Assembly: GCF_006345805.1 (NCBI RefSeq) | Contig: NC_043009.1 | Coordinates: forward strand, 33,728,001-33,792,000 | Length of the DNA stretch: 64,000 nt | Direction of reading: 5' to 3' | DNA from: Octopus sinensis | Taxonomy: Eukaryota | Part shown: piece after piece, positions 23,701-37,926 of the stretch | Layout of the letters: every line of letters starts with the position of its first letter | How positions within the stretch are numbered: the stretch's first letter is position 1 | Made by a program: the position numbers and the translations under genes | The notes under the pieces: model-generated | What the model was told of the DNA's origin: nothing | Database searches by the model: none | The model's input: only the letters and a program-made list of their open reading frames with translations

Positions 23701-24421
23701 TCCATATATATAAAACTGAGAATGTCTGTCTGTCTGTGTGTTTCGCTAAAACTTGAGAACTACACAACCAATTTCATTCAAATTTTACACATGCCTTACT
23801 TAGGGTACATGTAGTTTCATGGGCAAAAAAAAATGTTCAACTTCTTGTCTAGAGCGAGTCCATAGCAATATCATATCTTCTCCACTATTTCAGTATTATG
23901 TGTTAAAGGTGAAACAAAAATATTTCTCTATTTTATGTCAGATGCTCTCACTTTAACAATAAAAATAATAATAACAATTGAATTATATGTAGTAAGTAAT
24001 AATTAAAATCAAACTAAAGTATAATATAATCGTAACATAACAAAAGTAAAAACAGCAATTGGTATAAAATTGCATCAATGATTTTAACTTGAATAAGTGG
24101 TTTCACATGAATGGGAATAAATTAAAAATAAAATTAGCGTGCAGAAATGGAATAGTCCAGATGGATAATAAAAAATTAAATTAAAGAAAAGACTATTGTC
24201 TATAAAGTATACAATGTAGAGAAAAAAGAGGAGCTAACAATTCCAGTCTGTTATATATTTTGAGTATTGTTATCACTAGTGATATCAAGATATAACTTTG
24301 TATTTTGCATTTTATGTGTAGATGTATATATATAGATGTACATGTAATATGTACACATATATATACACGTATATACATGCACTAGCACTATGACCCGGCA
24401 ACGATGGGTCTTTAATGCTTG
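23701..24421 (+). mobile_element. Non-autonomous Helitron-like element
   Basis: 5' TCCATATATATAAAA...(GTCT)n start; 3' hairpin GACCC/GGGTC (24392-24410) followed by CTTG|T (degenerate CTRR|T). Confidence 0.6.
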
Positions 24422-27400
24422 TATATATATATATATATATATATATATGGAGCTGAGTCAGAATTTCCAACCATGAGTACTGAGTGGCTTGACCAAGTGA
24501 ATTAGTAAGTGGTTGAATATTCCACAGACGTGAACTGTTAATATAATACTCTGGCAAAATCAGTATGACACAATGTGTGACAAACAAGGTTGGGTTAGAT
24601 CCACTTAACAGGCTTCCATATAGTTTCCACCAACTCAGTTTCATTCATGAGATATGGGTCGACCCAAGGCTGTAGAAAATGACATTTGTCTAAGACACCA
24701 TGCAGTGAGATTGAACTTAGAAACCATTCAGCCATGTCTAGACAGGTAATCCTCCTCCTCACCACCACCACCACTATCATCATTATCATCGTTGTTGTTT
24801 CAACATCCACTTTCCCCTCAGAATTCAACAAGGTAGTCTTCCTACAGCCCTTCTTTTCACCAAGTCTCACCTGTTTCCAAGCAAGGAAATATTTCCCTGC
24901 GGCCAGACATGCTTTCAAAGAAATTGGAAACAAATGCCACTTGTAAGATGGCATTGTGTCATGTCAAAACAAGGAAACAAAAACACACACATGATGGGCT
25001 TCTTTCAGTTTCCATCTAATAATTCCATTCATTAAGGTACCGGCCAACCTGGAGCAATAGAAGAAGGCAACTGTCCAAGATGCCACACAGTGAACTGAAC
25101 CCACAGCCATGTGGTTGACAAGCCAATCTGTTAACCACACAACCACACCTACACATAATATGTATGTTCATTTATCACACGTCCTTGGAAAGATATTGAG
25201 TACAACAGAAAAACAATTAATGAGATATAAATGAGCCAGTTGTGAGGTACAAACACAGCAAATATACAGTCTCACATATGTAATGTAGTGAATTGAAACA
25301 GATTAAATGAGATTATCCTTGCAATAAGTAGGCAAAATCTCCCACCAAGGACATATAGAAATCTACATATAACCAAGGAAGATATCAGTGATAATGGATG
25401 AAGACTTGTAGTTTGGATGAAAGTATAAAAGAAGAGCAACGGGCTGGAGAGAAAGGGGTCAGCCCAATAAATGCTGGATAAGCAGTCACAAAGCCACAAA
25501 TTGAATTCAGATAATAATATCAGTGATAGCATCTGAATGGTGATGTAGCGTCTATGTATATTTGTGTGTGTACTTATGTGTGCATGCAAGTATGTACATG
25601 TGAGTGAATAGATATATACATACATATATATATATAGGAAAGAGAGTGGGGTTGGAACAGATAAGTCAATAGTGGAAGACTATTTTATTATAGGTGTTGT
25701 AACTATGGAAACATAACTTTAGAGGGAGATGGAAGAATAAGATGTCTATTTTATAGGAATAGAAAGTAACTGGAAGAGAGAGAGAGGGGGGAGGGAGGGA
25801 GCCTATAGATTTATCTACAGAAGTTTATTTTGAAATCTGGTTACTATTGTTTAGAGTGCCATAGGAGAGAACAGAGATGCAGCAAAGAGACTCAGTTGGG
25901 TGATGGGGAACAGAATAAATTGAATGATGGAGGAGAGACTCAGTCAAGTGTTAGACAAAATACTTTCCAGTCATTCTACATTATGAGTTCAAGCCCCACT
26001 TTGGTCAATAAAAGAAATGTTACTTCAGGGCTGGATTCATTATAATCAACTATGTACCTCGTTAAAATCCATAGATTTGTGCCGATGTAATATATGTTAA
26101 TTATTATTTAACAATTTAGCAGTTAAGCAGGCCATATCCAGCCCAAATAGTCTATCCTTGTTATGTTCAAACTAGCCAGATCCAGCCTCTCACACTTATC
26201 CTACAAGGTCACTCTAAAAATAAATACTACATCATCAAAATCTTGAAGCTACAAGATAATGAATGATTAATTCAAAATATCATGAATAAATAAGCAATAT
26301 GCTCGTTAGAGTAATCTGAATGCTAACGAGTAAATTTTGGAAGGGTTGGCTTAGCAACTGCAAATGCCCATGATCCTTTGTAAATTGATAAAGTTGATGA
26401 GGTTAATATTTTACTAGAAAGTCTGCAACTTTCTGTCTGGGCCAAGAAGGAAGAATTTCCAGAGGATTTCCAGGTGTGTGTATGAGAGTGTGGGGGAGGG
26501 TCAGTTTGTGGAGGAAGGCTTGAGCAAAGTATTAATAACAAGGACATAGAAGAGGCAGTGCATTGGGTGAGCTTGGGTAGAGGTGGGGTATAACTTGCTT
26601 GTTCACATAAGCCACAGTTGCCATAGTAGCATTGAAGGTACAGAGAGAGAGAGTCTGGTGTGGGGGGAGGGAGTGGTTTTTGTGGGGTGTCAGTGAGTGC
26701 CGGGGTTTTCTGAGAGACAAGATATCAACACACATCTAATCCATCCATTTAGCCACTACAACTTCTCCATTCAGATTCAGTGATAATGAATGAGAAGAAA
26801 CAGCCCCAACACTACCATCATCATCATAGTCATCATTATTGCCATCATCACCATGACAATCAACAGTGATAGAAACATTAATTTAATTTATTAAGTAAAC
26901 AATTGGTTTAATGAATGACTGGTTGCCAGGAGAAGAAAGAAGAGCAGTAAGAGACAGTGGGGGTGGGAGACTGAGAGAAAGAGAAGTAGTAGTAATAGTA
27001 AGGGAGAATGGGGGAACAAAACAGGGTGTAACAAAAGACTTGTTGTTTAACCCCCATCCCGATCCCCCACCCCACCACCCAAAGCCTCATCATGTACACA
27101 TATGGTCCAATGTGTTCTTTTTCCTGTTTTCAAGACAGGAGAATGTGATTAGGAGAGATTTTGCTGCTATGTCTAGCAGGTTAAGTAACTATGTAGAGAT
27201 GCCATTGTTGGCCTGTGACCAGAAGTTTATAGCAGAAGGGAGGGGAGGGGGTAAATAAAGAAACCGAAGAAAAGCACTGAAGAGAGAGGGAGAGAAGGAG
27301 GGAGGAGACTGCTTCTAAGGTGAAAAACAAGATGTGAATGTGGGGGGGGGTCACAAAAGAAGGGTTTTGTCAAAAGAAAAATGTTTTCTGAGGTGGGAGG

Positions 27401-28382
27401 AATTAAATCAAACTAAGGACCAAATAAGAAGGAGGTGGAGGGGACGAAAAAGTGGAGAAAATGAAAGCCTCCACCTCCTCTTGTTATTATTACTACTAAT
27501 ATGAGCCAAAAGGAGCCTCTATGTGGTCACTGCATCTGAAAGAAATAGCAGCTCAACTTTCTGCAAATCATAGCCTACAATCTTTAGAAGAATATGACAT
27601 GGAAATGTGATTCTGAGCTCCCAGCACAAAGGGAAAAATACAGGATGGTCATGGCTGGAATGCCTATGATTACAATCAACTTGATCAGGCTTAGCCTATG
27701 GTTAAACAATATACCTGCTGGTTTTATAATATTTTAAATCCATTTATTGATTTAAATCTCTAGTTTTTTTTGCAATGAGATGGTCTTCCCCATTGGGTAA
27801 CCCCTTAGTCGTCTCCCTTGCTTGCAAACATCAAGAAATTGATTTTTTTTAAAATTATCTCCCCTTTTTCTTTGAGAGTCACTAAGGATTGTCACTAGGC
27901 ATTTGTTTTCCTTTTCCAGTTATAAGGGAACAAATATTAATTATGAATTTATTTACGTACAATATTCAGTCCATCATCCTTTAACTTAATCATCCAATCT
28001 GAAGTCATTAGTCCATTTCAGTTATTTCCCTTGGCTCATATATCTTCATTATGATAATTTAATGTCTGTTTTCTGTGCTATCATGGGTTGGATGGTTTGA
28101 CAGGAGCTAGTAAGGCCAGGAACTGTACCAGATTCCATTGTCTGTTTTGGTCTGGTTTCTACAGCTGGATGCCCTTTGTAATGCCAACCATTTTACAGAA
28201 TATACTGGGTGCTTTTCCCGTGGCACCATCACCAGTGCCTTACATGTAGCACCATCACTAACAGGATCACAACATAGCTTGCAAGACAAAACCCCCTCAA
28301 CTAGAAGAGGGTTAGCTTTGTGTCATTTGAGAGATTAGAGGTACAGAGGGGTAGGGATAGGTACCTTGTTGTAGAGTAGAAA

Positions 28383-29508
28383 CATGGATACCCCAGGTGG
28401 AAAAGAAAGGCGAGGCATACCACAGGTAGAAAAGGTGAGGGCTACACCAGGTGGAAAAGAAAGGTGAGGGAGTGAGGTATGCCCCAGGTGGAAAAGAAAG
28501 GTGAGGGACAAAGGGATACTCCAGGTGGAAAAGAAAGGTGAGTGAGTAAGGGATAACCCAGGTGGAAGAGAAAGGTGAGAGAATGAGGGATACTCCAAGT
28601 GAAAAAGAAAGGTGAGAGAGTGAGGGATACCCCAGGTGAAAAAGAAAGGTGAGGGATACCCCAGGTGGAAAAGAAAGATGAGGGAGTGAGGGCAACACCA
28701 GGTAGAAAAGAAAGGGAAGGGAGTGAGGTATATTCCAGGTGTAAAAGAAAGGTGAGGGATACCCCTGGTGGAAAAGAAAGGTGAGTGAGTAAGGGATACC
28801 CCCGATGGAAAAGAAACGTGAGGGATACCCCAGGTGGAAAAGAAAGGTGAGGGATACCCCTGGTGGAAAAGAAAGGTGAGTGAGTAAGGGATACCCCAGA
28901 TGGAAAAGAAACGTGAGGGATACCCCAGGTGGAAAAGAAAGGTGAGGGAGTGTGGGATACTCCAGGTGGAAAAGAAAGGTGAGTAAGGGATACCCCAGAT
29001 GGAAAAGAAAGGTGAGGGAGTGAGGGATACCCCAGGTGGAAAAGAAAGGTGAGGGAATGAGGGCTACAACAGGTGGAAAAGAAAGGTGAGGGCTACACTA
29101 GGTGGAAAAGAAAGGTGAGAGAGTGAGGGATACCCCAGGTGAAAAAGAAAGGTGAGGGAGTGAGGAATACGCCAGGTGGAAAAGAAAGGTGAGGGAGTGA
29201 GGTATATTCCAGGTGTAAAAGAAAGGTGAGAGATACCCCCGGTGGAAAGGAAAGGTGAGGGATACTCCAGGTGGAAAAGAAAGGTGAGTAAGGGATACCC
29301 CAGATGGAAAAAAAAGATGAGGGAGTGAGGGATACCCCAGGTGGAAAAGAAAGGTGAGGGAGTGAGGGCTACACTAGGTGGAAAAGAAAGGTGAGAGAGT
29401 GAGGGATACACCAGGTGGAAAAGAAAGGTGAAGGAGTGAGGGGTACACCAGGTGGAAAAGAAAAGTGAGGGCATGAGGGATACTCCAGGTGGAAGAGAAA
29501 GGTGAGTA
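28383..29508. repeat. Purine-rich minisatellite, units 29/33/37 bp, about 30+ copies
   Basis: Core CCAGGTGGAAAAGAAAGGTGAG(GGAGTGAG)GGATAC; successive long units measured at 29337, 29374 and 29411. Confidence 0.95.
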
Positions 29509-31319
29509 AAGAGAGCAGGTAAGTGAGAGGGTAAGATAAAGAGGAAGATAGTGGGAGAGATAGTGGAAAAGCTGATATGGGAGATGCCCCTGGAGGACAT
29601 TGGGGTGAGGTGATACAGAGGTTTGGACTGGGTGAGTGGGCAGGATAGAGGTGGCTATAGCAATGACGGCATGAAATAGAGGAGAGGCTCAGGAGCAGAA
29701 GTTGCAGAAGATAAGTGAGGGCATTAAGGGTGATTAACAGATAAGCAAGGTGTTAATGATCGAGTACAGTGGGGGGAGGGGAGTAAAGCAGGAGGTGATT
29801 GGTGGAGATAATGGGAAATGGAAGTGGTTTGGGGTGGAAGAAAAAGGGTAACTGAGAAAGCAGGGGGTGTAGTATGAGCCTATTCTGCATTTTTGAAACA
29901 GTGGATCTCAAAGCAGATGATAAAGCTACATGTAAATACTGATAGAACGTTTGTCATATTTACAGGAGACATGGGTTCACGTTCCACGGGAAGCCTTCAA
30001 CTTTTTCTATCCAAGGTGGCTTTTAAGCTCGGTATTTTAACACGCTATTATTTACAGCTTTATCTTGTTTCAAGCTCCACTATTCCATAAAAAAAGAATT
30101 ATTTCACATTCTTTCAAAGTTTATAAGTGCTTTCAACAATTTTTGGATATGTTAATCACTGAACTGTGAAGCAACAAGTTGATTCCTGTTCTTTCTTGTT
30201 TCTGTAACCAAACAAGCAAACAGAAAGAAGCAGTTTATGAACGTTTATAAGATGCACAACATTATAAACTAGAATGAGGTCTCAACTTCATGGTCAGTAG
30301 TCCAGTGCATTAACCACTCATTGTGCTTTTCAACAAGGGATACTTCATGACAAGGGGTAGCGAACACACACATATACATGGTCAATGGCATTGAAAGAGC
30401 TCAGGCAACAGAGAGCAGCAAGGACTTTTTAGTCTTACAGAAGTACAAGGCAACCTCACCAATGCTGGTGCTAAGATAATATAATGTACCCAGTACACTA
30501 TTAAAAGTAATAGGCAAACAGAAACAAAATAAGGTTTAAGAGGGCCCTGAGGATGTGAGAACTTTTTTAGTGCGGTTAGAACTATGAAGAACACCTAGTC
30601 TGTAAAATGATTGGTGTTAAGAGGAGCAACCAGCCAAAAAGACATAAAAATCAAGTCAAAACTGGAAAATACAAGTGAGAAATGGTCCTGTAACCCATTT
30701 AGGAGTTGGGGTGAGTGCAGTTACTTGGAATAAAACTTAATTCAGACCTTGATGACCTAACCAACCCACACCGGTAGGGAAAGCTGACATCATCATGGTA
30801 AACACACACACATACACACAGAGCAGGCTTCTACAGTTCTTCTCAACCAACTTCGAAATTTCATACACCAGGTTTGAACCTACAAAGACAGGATTACAAA
30901 CCTAGCTTCTTAACCACACAGCTATAACCACATGATGTAAGTTATGACCAGAACAGTAGCCCACTGGGCAATGTGTGTGTTTCGTGTTTCTCACCACTCA
31001 GAGTTCAAAATCACACGGAAATCAATAAATTTATATCAAGTACAACAAATTAATGAATAATATACAGTAATATATTGGGGGTTAGATACTCCAATCCTTC
31101 TCTGTTCTCTCTTAAAATTAATCAAGTATCTTATTAACATATCAATTCATATTAAAAATATTTCGTTGTTAACATAGAAAAAAGAATTGTGTATGTATGT
31201 ATGTGTGTGTATGTGTGTATGTATGTATCTACACACCTACACCCAGTGCGACATACCAATAGTGGATACCTGCTTTCACACAAAATATATGCATGAATGT
31301 CTCTATGTACAGATGTGCG

Positions 31320-31353
<34 letters not shown>

Positions 31354-32025
31354 TGCATATGCTAATGTTTGTTTATATGTTCAGTTATAATAAAAACAGT
31401 TTTACATTAATCTGATGGCTTACTCCTTACTTTTGTAGAGAATAAATTTATCGTTCTTAAATAAGAATGTTGTTGACAGTGACTTCGAAGTTGCAGTCAG
31501 TCAAGCCACATACATGTCTGTATGTGCCCATACCCATCTATAGTGTGGTATACCAATAGCTGGAACCTTTCACACTGTGTGTGTGTATGTGTATGTGTCA
31601 ATGGATGTGTGCATATACCTACCTACAGTGTGTGTCATTCCACCAGCTGTTGCCAGCTTTCACAATACCATCCAAAACAATTTGTAAAACAAGATTAAAT
31701 CCATTGGTTCTGAGATAAAGGGAGTCCAGAACTTTCACAGACGACCATTCCTTGAAGAAATGACAACAGCTGTGCTGGAACACTGTGACTTCGGTCAGTT
31801 GTTTGACAAAACTTCTCAGCAACTTGCAACAAGTCCACACGCATAGACCAGACCCACAGTCCAGGTCCATATGCAAGTCAAAACTCTCTCACACCTCCCC
31901 CTCTATGTCTAATGATGAAGACGACGAGATTATTACATTTGCAGATTTTTTTTCTATGTAGGTTTCACACCTAAGAATGTTAAACTCAATCATTTATAAT
32001 ACAAAACAAGAATACTACACAGTCA

Positions 32026-32065
<40 letters not shown>

Positions 32066-33837
32066 TGAAAGAGTCAATAACTAATCAATGCTTAGCATTT
32101 GTTTAGTAGGGCTTTCTTATATAAATCAATAGAACAGCCATCAGCATCATCATCATCATCAGCCTCTTTAGTGTATTTTAAAATCTATATCCCAGATGAA
32201 CTCGATCGTGAAAAACACTGTACTCTACCGTTACTACAACAATAACAACAAGCATGACTGAAAAATGAGTTACACACACACACACACACACATAGATACG
32301 TGTGTGTGTGTGTGTAAAAAACAGCAACTAAATGTAAAAGTGGGGGGAGGGCAACTGTAAATACTATAAAATCAATTAATCACTCAATAATGAGTTAAGT
32401 GTAAAAGTCTCAAGGGTTTTTGCATTGTTTCTGTGTGTATGTGTGTGTGTGTGTTTTGGGAGGAGGGGAAGGTAGAGTGTTCAGGTCCCCCCCACCCTAC
32501 CACCTCTCTTCAACAACCAAGCAACGGCTTATCACACTCTGTTTGGCCGGAGAAACTAAGGCGAGCATTGATAAGCAATCCAATAGAACTGGAACTCCGT
32601 CGGTTACGACTACCAGGATTCCTGTTGATCTGATCAATGGAGCAGCCAGCTCGTGAAATTCACATGAAATTGGCTGAGTACTCCACAGACACACATATCC
32701 TTGATGTACGACACAGAATGTGACAAGGCTGGCCCTTTTGAAATTACGGGTACAACTGAGCATGGCTATTCGCCAGCCTCGTCTGGCACCTGTGTCGGTG
32801 GCACGTAAAAAGCACCCACTACCCTCACGGAGTGGTTGGCATCAGGAAGGGCATCCAGCTGTAGAAACACTGCCAGATCTGACTGGAGCCTGGTGCAGCC
32901 TTCGGCCTTCCCAGTTGAACCGTCCAACCCATGCTAGCATGGAAAGCGGACGTTAAACGATGATGATGAACTCATTGGAATGGAGCAATGTGAAATGAAA
33001 TGTCTTGCTCAAGAACACAACATGTCACTGGGAAGTGAACTCCTGACCAAACCACTAAGCTACACACCTTAACTTAAGCCACACACACATCTATATTACT
33101 TGCACTGTTATAATACTCTGCTGAAGACTAGGTTTTGGATACAATAGCACCATATTCATAGTAATAACCAGCCTTATTCTGAGTGTAGAAAAGTGTCACG
33201 AGTGGAAAAGAATTTATATATCATGAGGGTACAAAGAGAATATTACAAGAGGTTCCAACCCACTAAACCGATCAAACATGGAGCAGTAGGTTCAAATAGA
33301 GGAAAAGTACCTTAATCTGTGAGAAACAAAAACAGAAACCTTGTTGAGGAATTCCTAGGGTTGAAGAAAATAGCTGAGACAGCGAATAATGATGGACTAT
33401 TGGGTTGTTGTTGTTTAGCCCCAGGTCAGTCCTGATCGAGCATATCTATGCCACTAATTAGTTGTAGAAATGGTGTTTCTCAAGACAGCAACTAAAGAAT
33501 ACATTAATCCTACAAAGATTTGGAAACGAAAATGTTTTAGGATTAAATTGTCATTTCCAATAAATTATTTAGTTATAGAATTTTACATTTTGAGTTCAAA
33601 TTTAGCTGAAGTAAATTTGGTCTTTTACCCTTCTGGATCAATAAAATATCACTCAAGCACTGGTAAGGATTTAATCAGTAACTACATAACTCCAACCCTG
33701 CACATATGTTCAAAATCAATAAGTCATGTATGAGAAATCAATAAATTTTTCTAAGCAATTTTACTTTTCCTTTGTCTCAGCTGGTCAATGGATATATTTT
33801 ATACTAGAATAAGACTTAGTTAAGATTATAAGGGTTA

Positions 33838-34400
33838 TTATTATTATTATTATTATATTATTATTATTATTATTATTATATGAAAACTCACAACTTATTT
33901 TGCTGGGTATGATGGAAAGTGTCAGCTGTCCACATACAGCAGACTAAGGTGACACTTGTTTACTGGTCATGCTTCAAGAACCCTGCAAAGAATTCTTGCA
34001 GTTCTAAGCAATGCTGATTTTTGTTGGTGTTCCACTTTCACCAATCTCTTTCAGCTATGTTGGTAGTTGAGTGCTGATACTCTCAAGTACACCAATTACT
34101 ATTGGTATCACACCTACTCTCTTCGTTGACCACAACCTTTGTATTTCCCACTTAAAATCATCATAGCTGTTTATTTTTTCTTCTTCTTTCACATGGATCC
34201 TGTTGTCACCGGGGCATGTTATGTCAATTATCACACATGTTCTTTATTTTTTATTTACCACAGCAATGTCTGGTTTCCGATGTCTGGTCAGGTGACCACA
34301 ATGGATCATTGCATCCCACAGGATTTTGCAATTCTCATGTTTGGTGACTCCTAGAGTTTTCTCATACCACATCTTTGCCCTTTGTATTGTCATTATTATT
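33838..34400 (-). mobile_element. R4/Dong-clade LINE 3' fragment (restriction-like endonuclease region)
   Basis: WYEK...ENCKILWDA...RKPDIAVVNKK, then VIPIVIGVL...QKSALLRTARIL; ends in a (TAA)n tract. Confidence 0.75.
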
Positions 34401-34712
34401 ATAGACATTGCACAGTATACAATGTCGTGAGATTGTTGATCGAAGATATTGTGTCTACTGGGGGATGTACTGTTTGTCAAGTCACAACAAGGACCTCAGA
34501 CAGACAGTACAATATGCAAGCAGTTCCAAGTAAAGCTGACTTTTGCAAGAAATCTAGATTGTAGGGTATCTCTAAGGTTTTCAGATATTTTTTCAGATTG
34601 GGTGGTATTGAACCCAATGCTCCAATGACAATAGGGATAACCTTTACGTTTGACTCTCATAGCTGCCACATCTTGGCAATCTCTATTCTCAGGTCTCCAT
34701 ATTTATCAACTC

Positions 34713-34715
<3 letters not shown>
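34400..34715 (-). mobile_element. Second, different R4/Dong-clade LINE 3' end
   Basis: KYGDLRIEIAKMW...VKVIPIVIGALGSIPPNLKKYL...LQKSALLGTA; bounded by TAA-repeat tracts. Confidence 0.75.
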
Positions 34716-34744
<29 letters not shown>

Positions 34745-34754
<10 letters not shown>

Positions 34755-35250
34755 GATGGCAAGCTGACAGAATCGTTAGCATACCAGGCAAAATGCTGAG
34801 CAGTATTTCATCCATCTTTGCGTTCTGAGTTCAAATTCCACCGAGGTCGACTCTGCTTTTCAAACTTTTGATAAAATAAGTTGATAAAATAAGTACCAGT
34901 TGAGCACTGGGGGGGCAATGTAATTTGACTTATCCCCTACCTCCAAAATTGCTAGCTTTGAGCCAAAATTTCAAACCATTATTATTATGGCGGCAAGCTT
35001 GCAGAATATTTAGCACACTGGACAAAATACTTAGCAGCATTTCTTCCAGCTCATTACATTTTGTGGTCAGTTTTACCTTTCATCCTTTTGTGGTCAATGA
35101 GCAAAAATACCAATCCTACATTGGGATTAATGAAACTGATTTACCCTTCCCCTAAAAATTGCTTTCATCCTATTGGAGTCGATGGAGTAAGTACCAACTG
35201 TACACTGGGGTCAATGTAATCAACTTATACACCCACCCAAAATTTCAGTC
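34745..35250 (+). mobile_element. SINE family D, two tandem decayed copies (others at 41740-41940 and 47620-47825 minus, 48270-48490 plus, 58930-59075 minus)
   Basis: GGCAAGCTG.CAGAATCGTTAGC...GTTCAAATTCC...ATAAGTACCAGTTGAGCACTGG. Confidence 0.7.
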
Positions 35251-35766
35251 CTTGTTTATTATTATCATGATTATTATTATCCCCTATATGTTGACCCTGG
35301 TGACCAAGAAATGAAATAATAATAATAATGATTATTATTATCATCATTATAATCATCAGAGACATTGAACTAGAAGATACATTTCCCCCTACACACACAC
35401 ACACTAAATTCTTTGGATTATTTACTGGAATCCTTTCATGCTAAGCTCAAATTCTGTTGAGGTCAACTATAGCTTTCCTTACTTGTTAGGTTGATTGACA
35501 AAACATCAGTCAACAAGTGTTGTCCCCTGCCAATGAACAAATATATATACACACACACACACACTCAATACATATACAAGTATTTATACACACACACATA
35601 GAGACAGAAACACACACACGTAAGTGTACAATATATCAAAGTGTATAACATGGAATGCAATTGTGTTTAGCATCAATGAAAAAGCAAACCAAAATTTGAT
35701 ATATCAGAAAGTTTCAGACTAACAACATGCCAAGACATGTTGTAAGCAGTCAACCTATTATATGCG

Positions 35767-35798
<32 letters not shown>

Positions 35799-35900
35799 TC
35801 AACAGCAAATGTGAATGGGTATAGTATGAAACATGACCCGACTAAGTTGTTGCATATTTCTGACAATACACATACACACAGATACATACATGCATGTGTG

Positions 35901-35946
<46 letters not shown>

Positions 35947-37419
35947 CATGTGTGTGTGAGTGTGTACATACATATATATATATATATATTATAATACAGA
36001 AACAACTAATGAATACTTATGATTAATTAGATTAATTCTCATTTAAGAGACAGTAAGTGGGGTCACAACAATGGCTGGATGCCTTTCCTGCCACCAACCT
36101 CCACCTGTTTCCAGGCAAGGTATTATTGCCCCATGGTCCGACATCACATGATGTCAAGACAGGGAAACACACACACACACACATACATGCAATGGGTTTT
36201 TTTAGTTTCCATTTTTCCAAATTTGATGACAAGAATTTGTTCAGCCTGGGGTTAGAGTAAAAGACTTTTGCCCAAAATACCATGCATTGGGACTGAACCC
36301 AAAGCCATGTGACTGGGAAGAGAACTTCTTGACCACACAGCCACACCTGAATATTTCCCCAATTCCAACAAATGAACATAGGGTGTAATTTTGAGGGAGA
36401 TTTGGTTGGTATTTCTAGCAGATCATGCAACCACTGAGAGACTCCTGCACTAGTGATGCCTCTATGAAGTGGATGAAGTATGTTTCATTGATGTGTAGCT
36501 GTGAGTTAAATGACTTGACTAACGATAGAGAGGGAGAGGGAGAGTGGATACATAAGGCTATAAATGAGAAGCTAACACCACAACATTAATTAATGACTAA
36601 TTAAAGCCAATGAAGGCATCTTTATGTAGTCATACAAGCTGCTAGAAATAGCAGCTAAATCTCCCTCAAATTATACTATCATCATTATAATCATCATTTA
36701 ATGTTCGTCTTCTGTGCTGGCATGGGTTGGATGGTTAAACAGGAGCTGGCAAGACCAGGGGCAGCACTAGGTTTCATTGTCCACTCTGGCAGGTTTCTAC
36801 AGTTGGATGCCCTTCCTAATGCTAACCACTTCTCAGAATGTATTGCGTGCTTTTTACAAGGCACCAGTGGCTTTTGCATGGCACCATCACCAGTGCTTTT
36901 TATGTGGCACCAGCATCGACCAGGTCACCAAGTACTTTGCAAGACAAAAATCCCTCAACTGGGAGGTGGGAGTTGTATTTGAAGGGGTGTGGCTTTACGC
37001 CAGTTGAGGTAAAATTCTCAACTTTAAATCAAGGGAACAGACATGGGTGTTTTGCTGTAGATACATGGATATCCCACACTAAATAATGTACTCCTAGATA
37101 CTCTCTTCCTTCGAAAATATAAAAACACAATGTGATGGTCACTGTTAGAACTCGTTTGATTACAGGCCTGCCAAAACAGGGTGACCTGGAGTGGTTCCCT
37201 GTAATTACTAAAACTGTTTATGTAATGGCATTTCTTAATTACATAAGTATTTTTACAATTAAGAACCTGCTCTGTAATTATACTAATTCAGTTTAAAGAA
37301 AGAGAGAGAGAGAGAGAGAGAGAATTGTTGGTAGGTGGGAGTTACCACTGACCAGAACAAGAAAAAGACCACACACACATACATGTGTGTGTGATTTTAT
37401 ACATATATATATATATATA

Positions 37420-37926
37420 TATATCATCATCATCATCATCATCATCATCGTTTAACGTCCGCTTTCCATGCTAGCATGGGTTGGACGGTTCAACTGGGGT
37501 CTGGGAAGCCCGAAGGCTGCACCAGGCCAGTCAGATCTGGCAGTGTTTCTACAGCTGGATGCCCTTCCTAACGCCAACCACTCAGAGTGTAGTGGGTGAT
37601 TTTATGTGCCACCGACACAGGTGCCAGACGAGGCTGGCGAACGGCCACGCTTGGATGGTGATTTTTATGTGCCACCGACACAGGTGCCAGACGAGGCTGG
37701 CAGACGGCCACACTCGGATGGTGTTTTTTATGTGCCACCAACACAGGTGCCAGACGAGGCTGGCAAACGGCCACGCTCAGATGGTGTTTTTTATGTGCCA
37801 CCGACACAGGTGCCAGACGAGGCTGGCAGACGGCCACACTCGGATGGTGTTTTTTATGTGCCACCAACACAGGTGCCAGACGAGGCTGGCAGACGGCCAC
37901 GCTCGGATGGTGTTTTTTATGTGCCA

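Noticed and set aside
28312-29600. Long ORFs in the minisatellite, and its CRISPR-like regularity
   Set aside because: The ORFs are translations of the repeat; units are contiguous with no unique spacers, and the context is eukaryotic with no cas genes.
29510-29890. Purine/pyrimidine-skewed tracts (also 1320-1580, 5290-5760, 8950-9300, 26560-26740 and 41330-41700)
   Set aside because: They look like decayed retroelement UTRs, but no diagnostic motif allows a family call.
29893-30090. Exon-like + strand segment (ttacag|GDMGSRSTGSLQLFLSK|gt)
   Set aside because: Isolated, weak donor and no similarity I can recognise.
31619-31880. Complex non-repeat stretch with partly open frames
   Set aside because: Stops in all + strand frames; probably an old transposon fragment I cannot classify.
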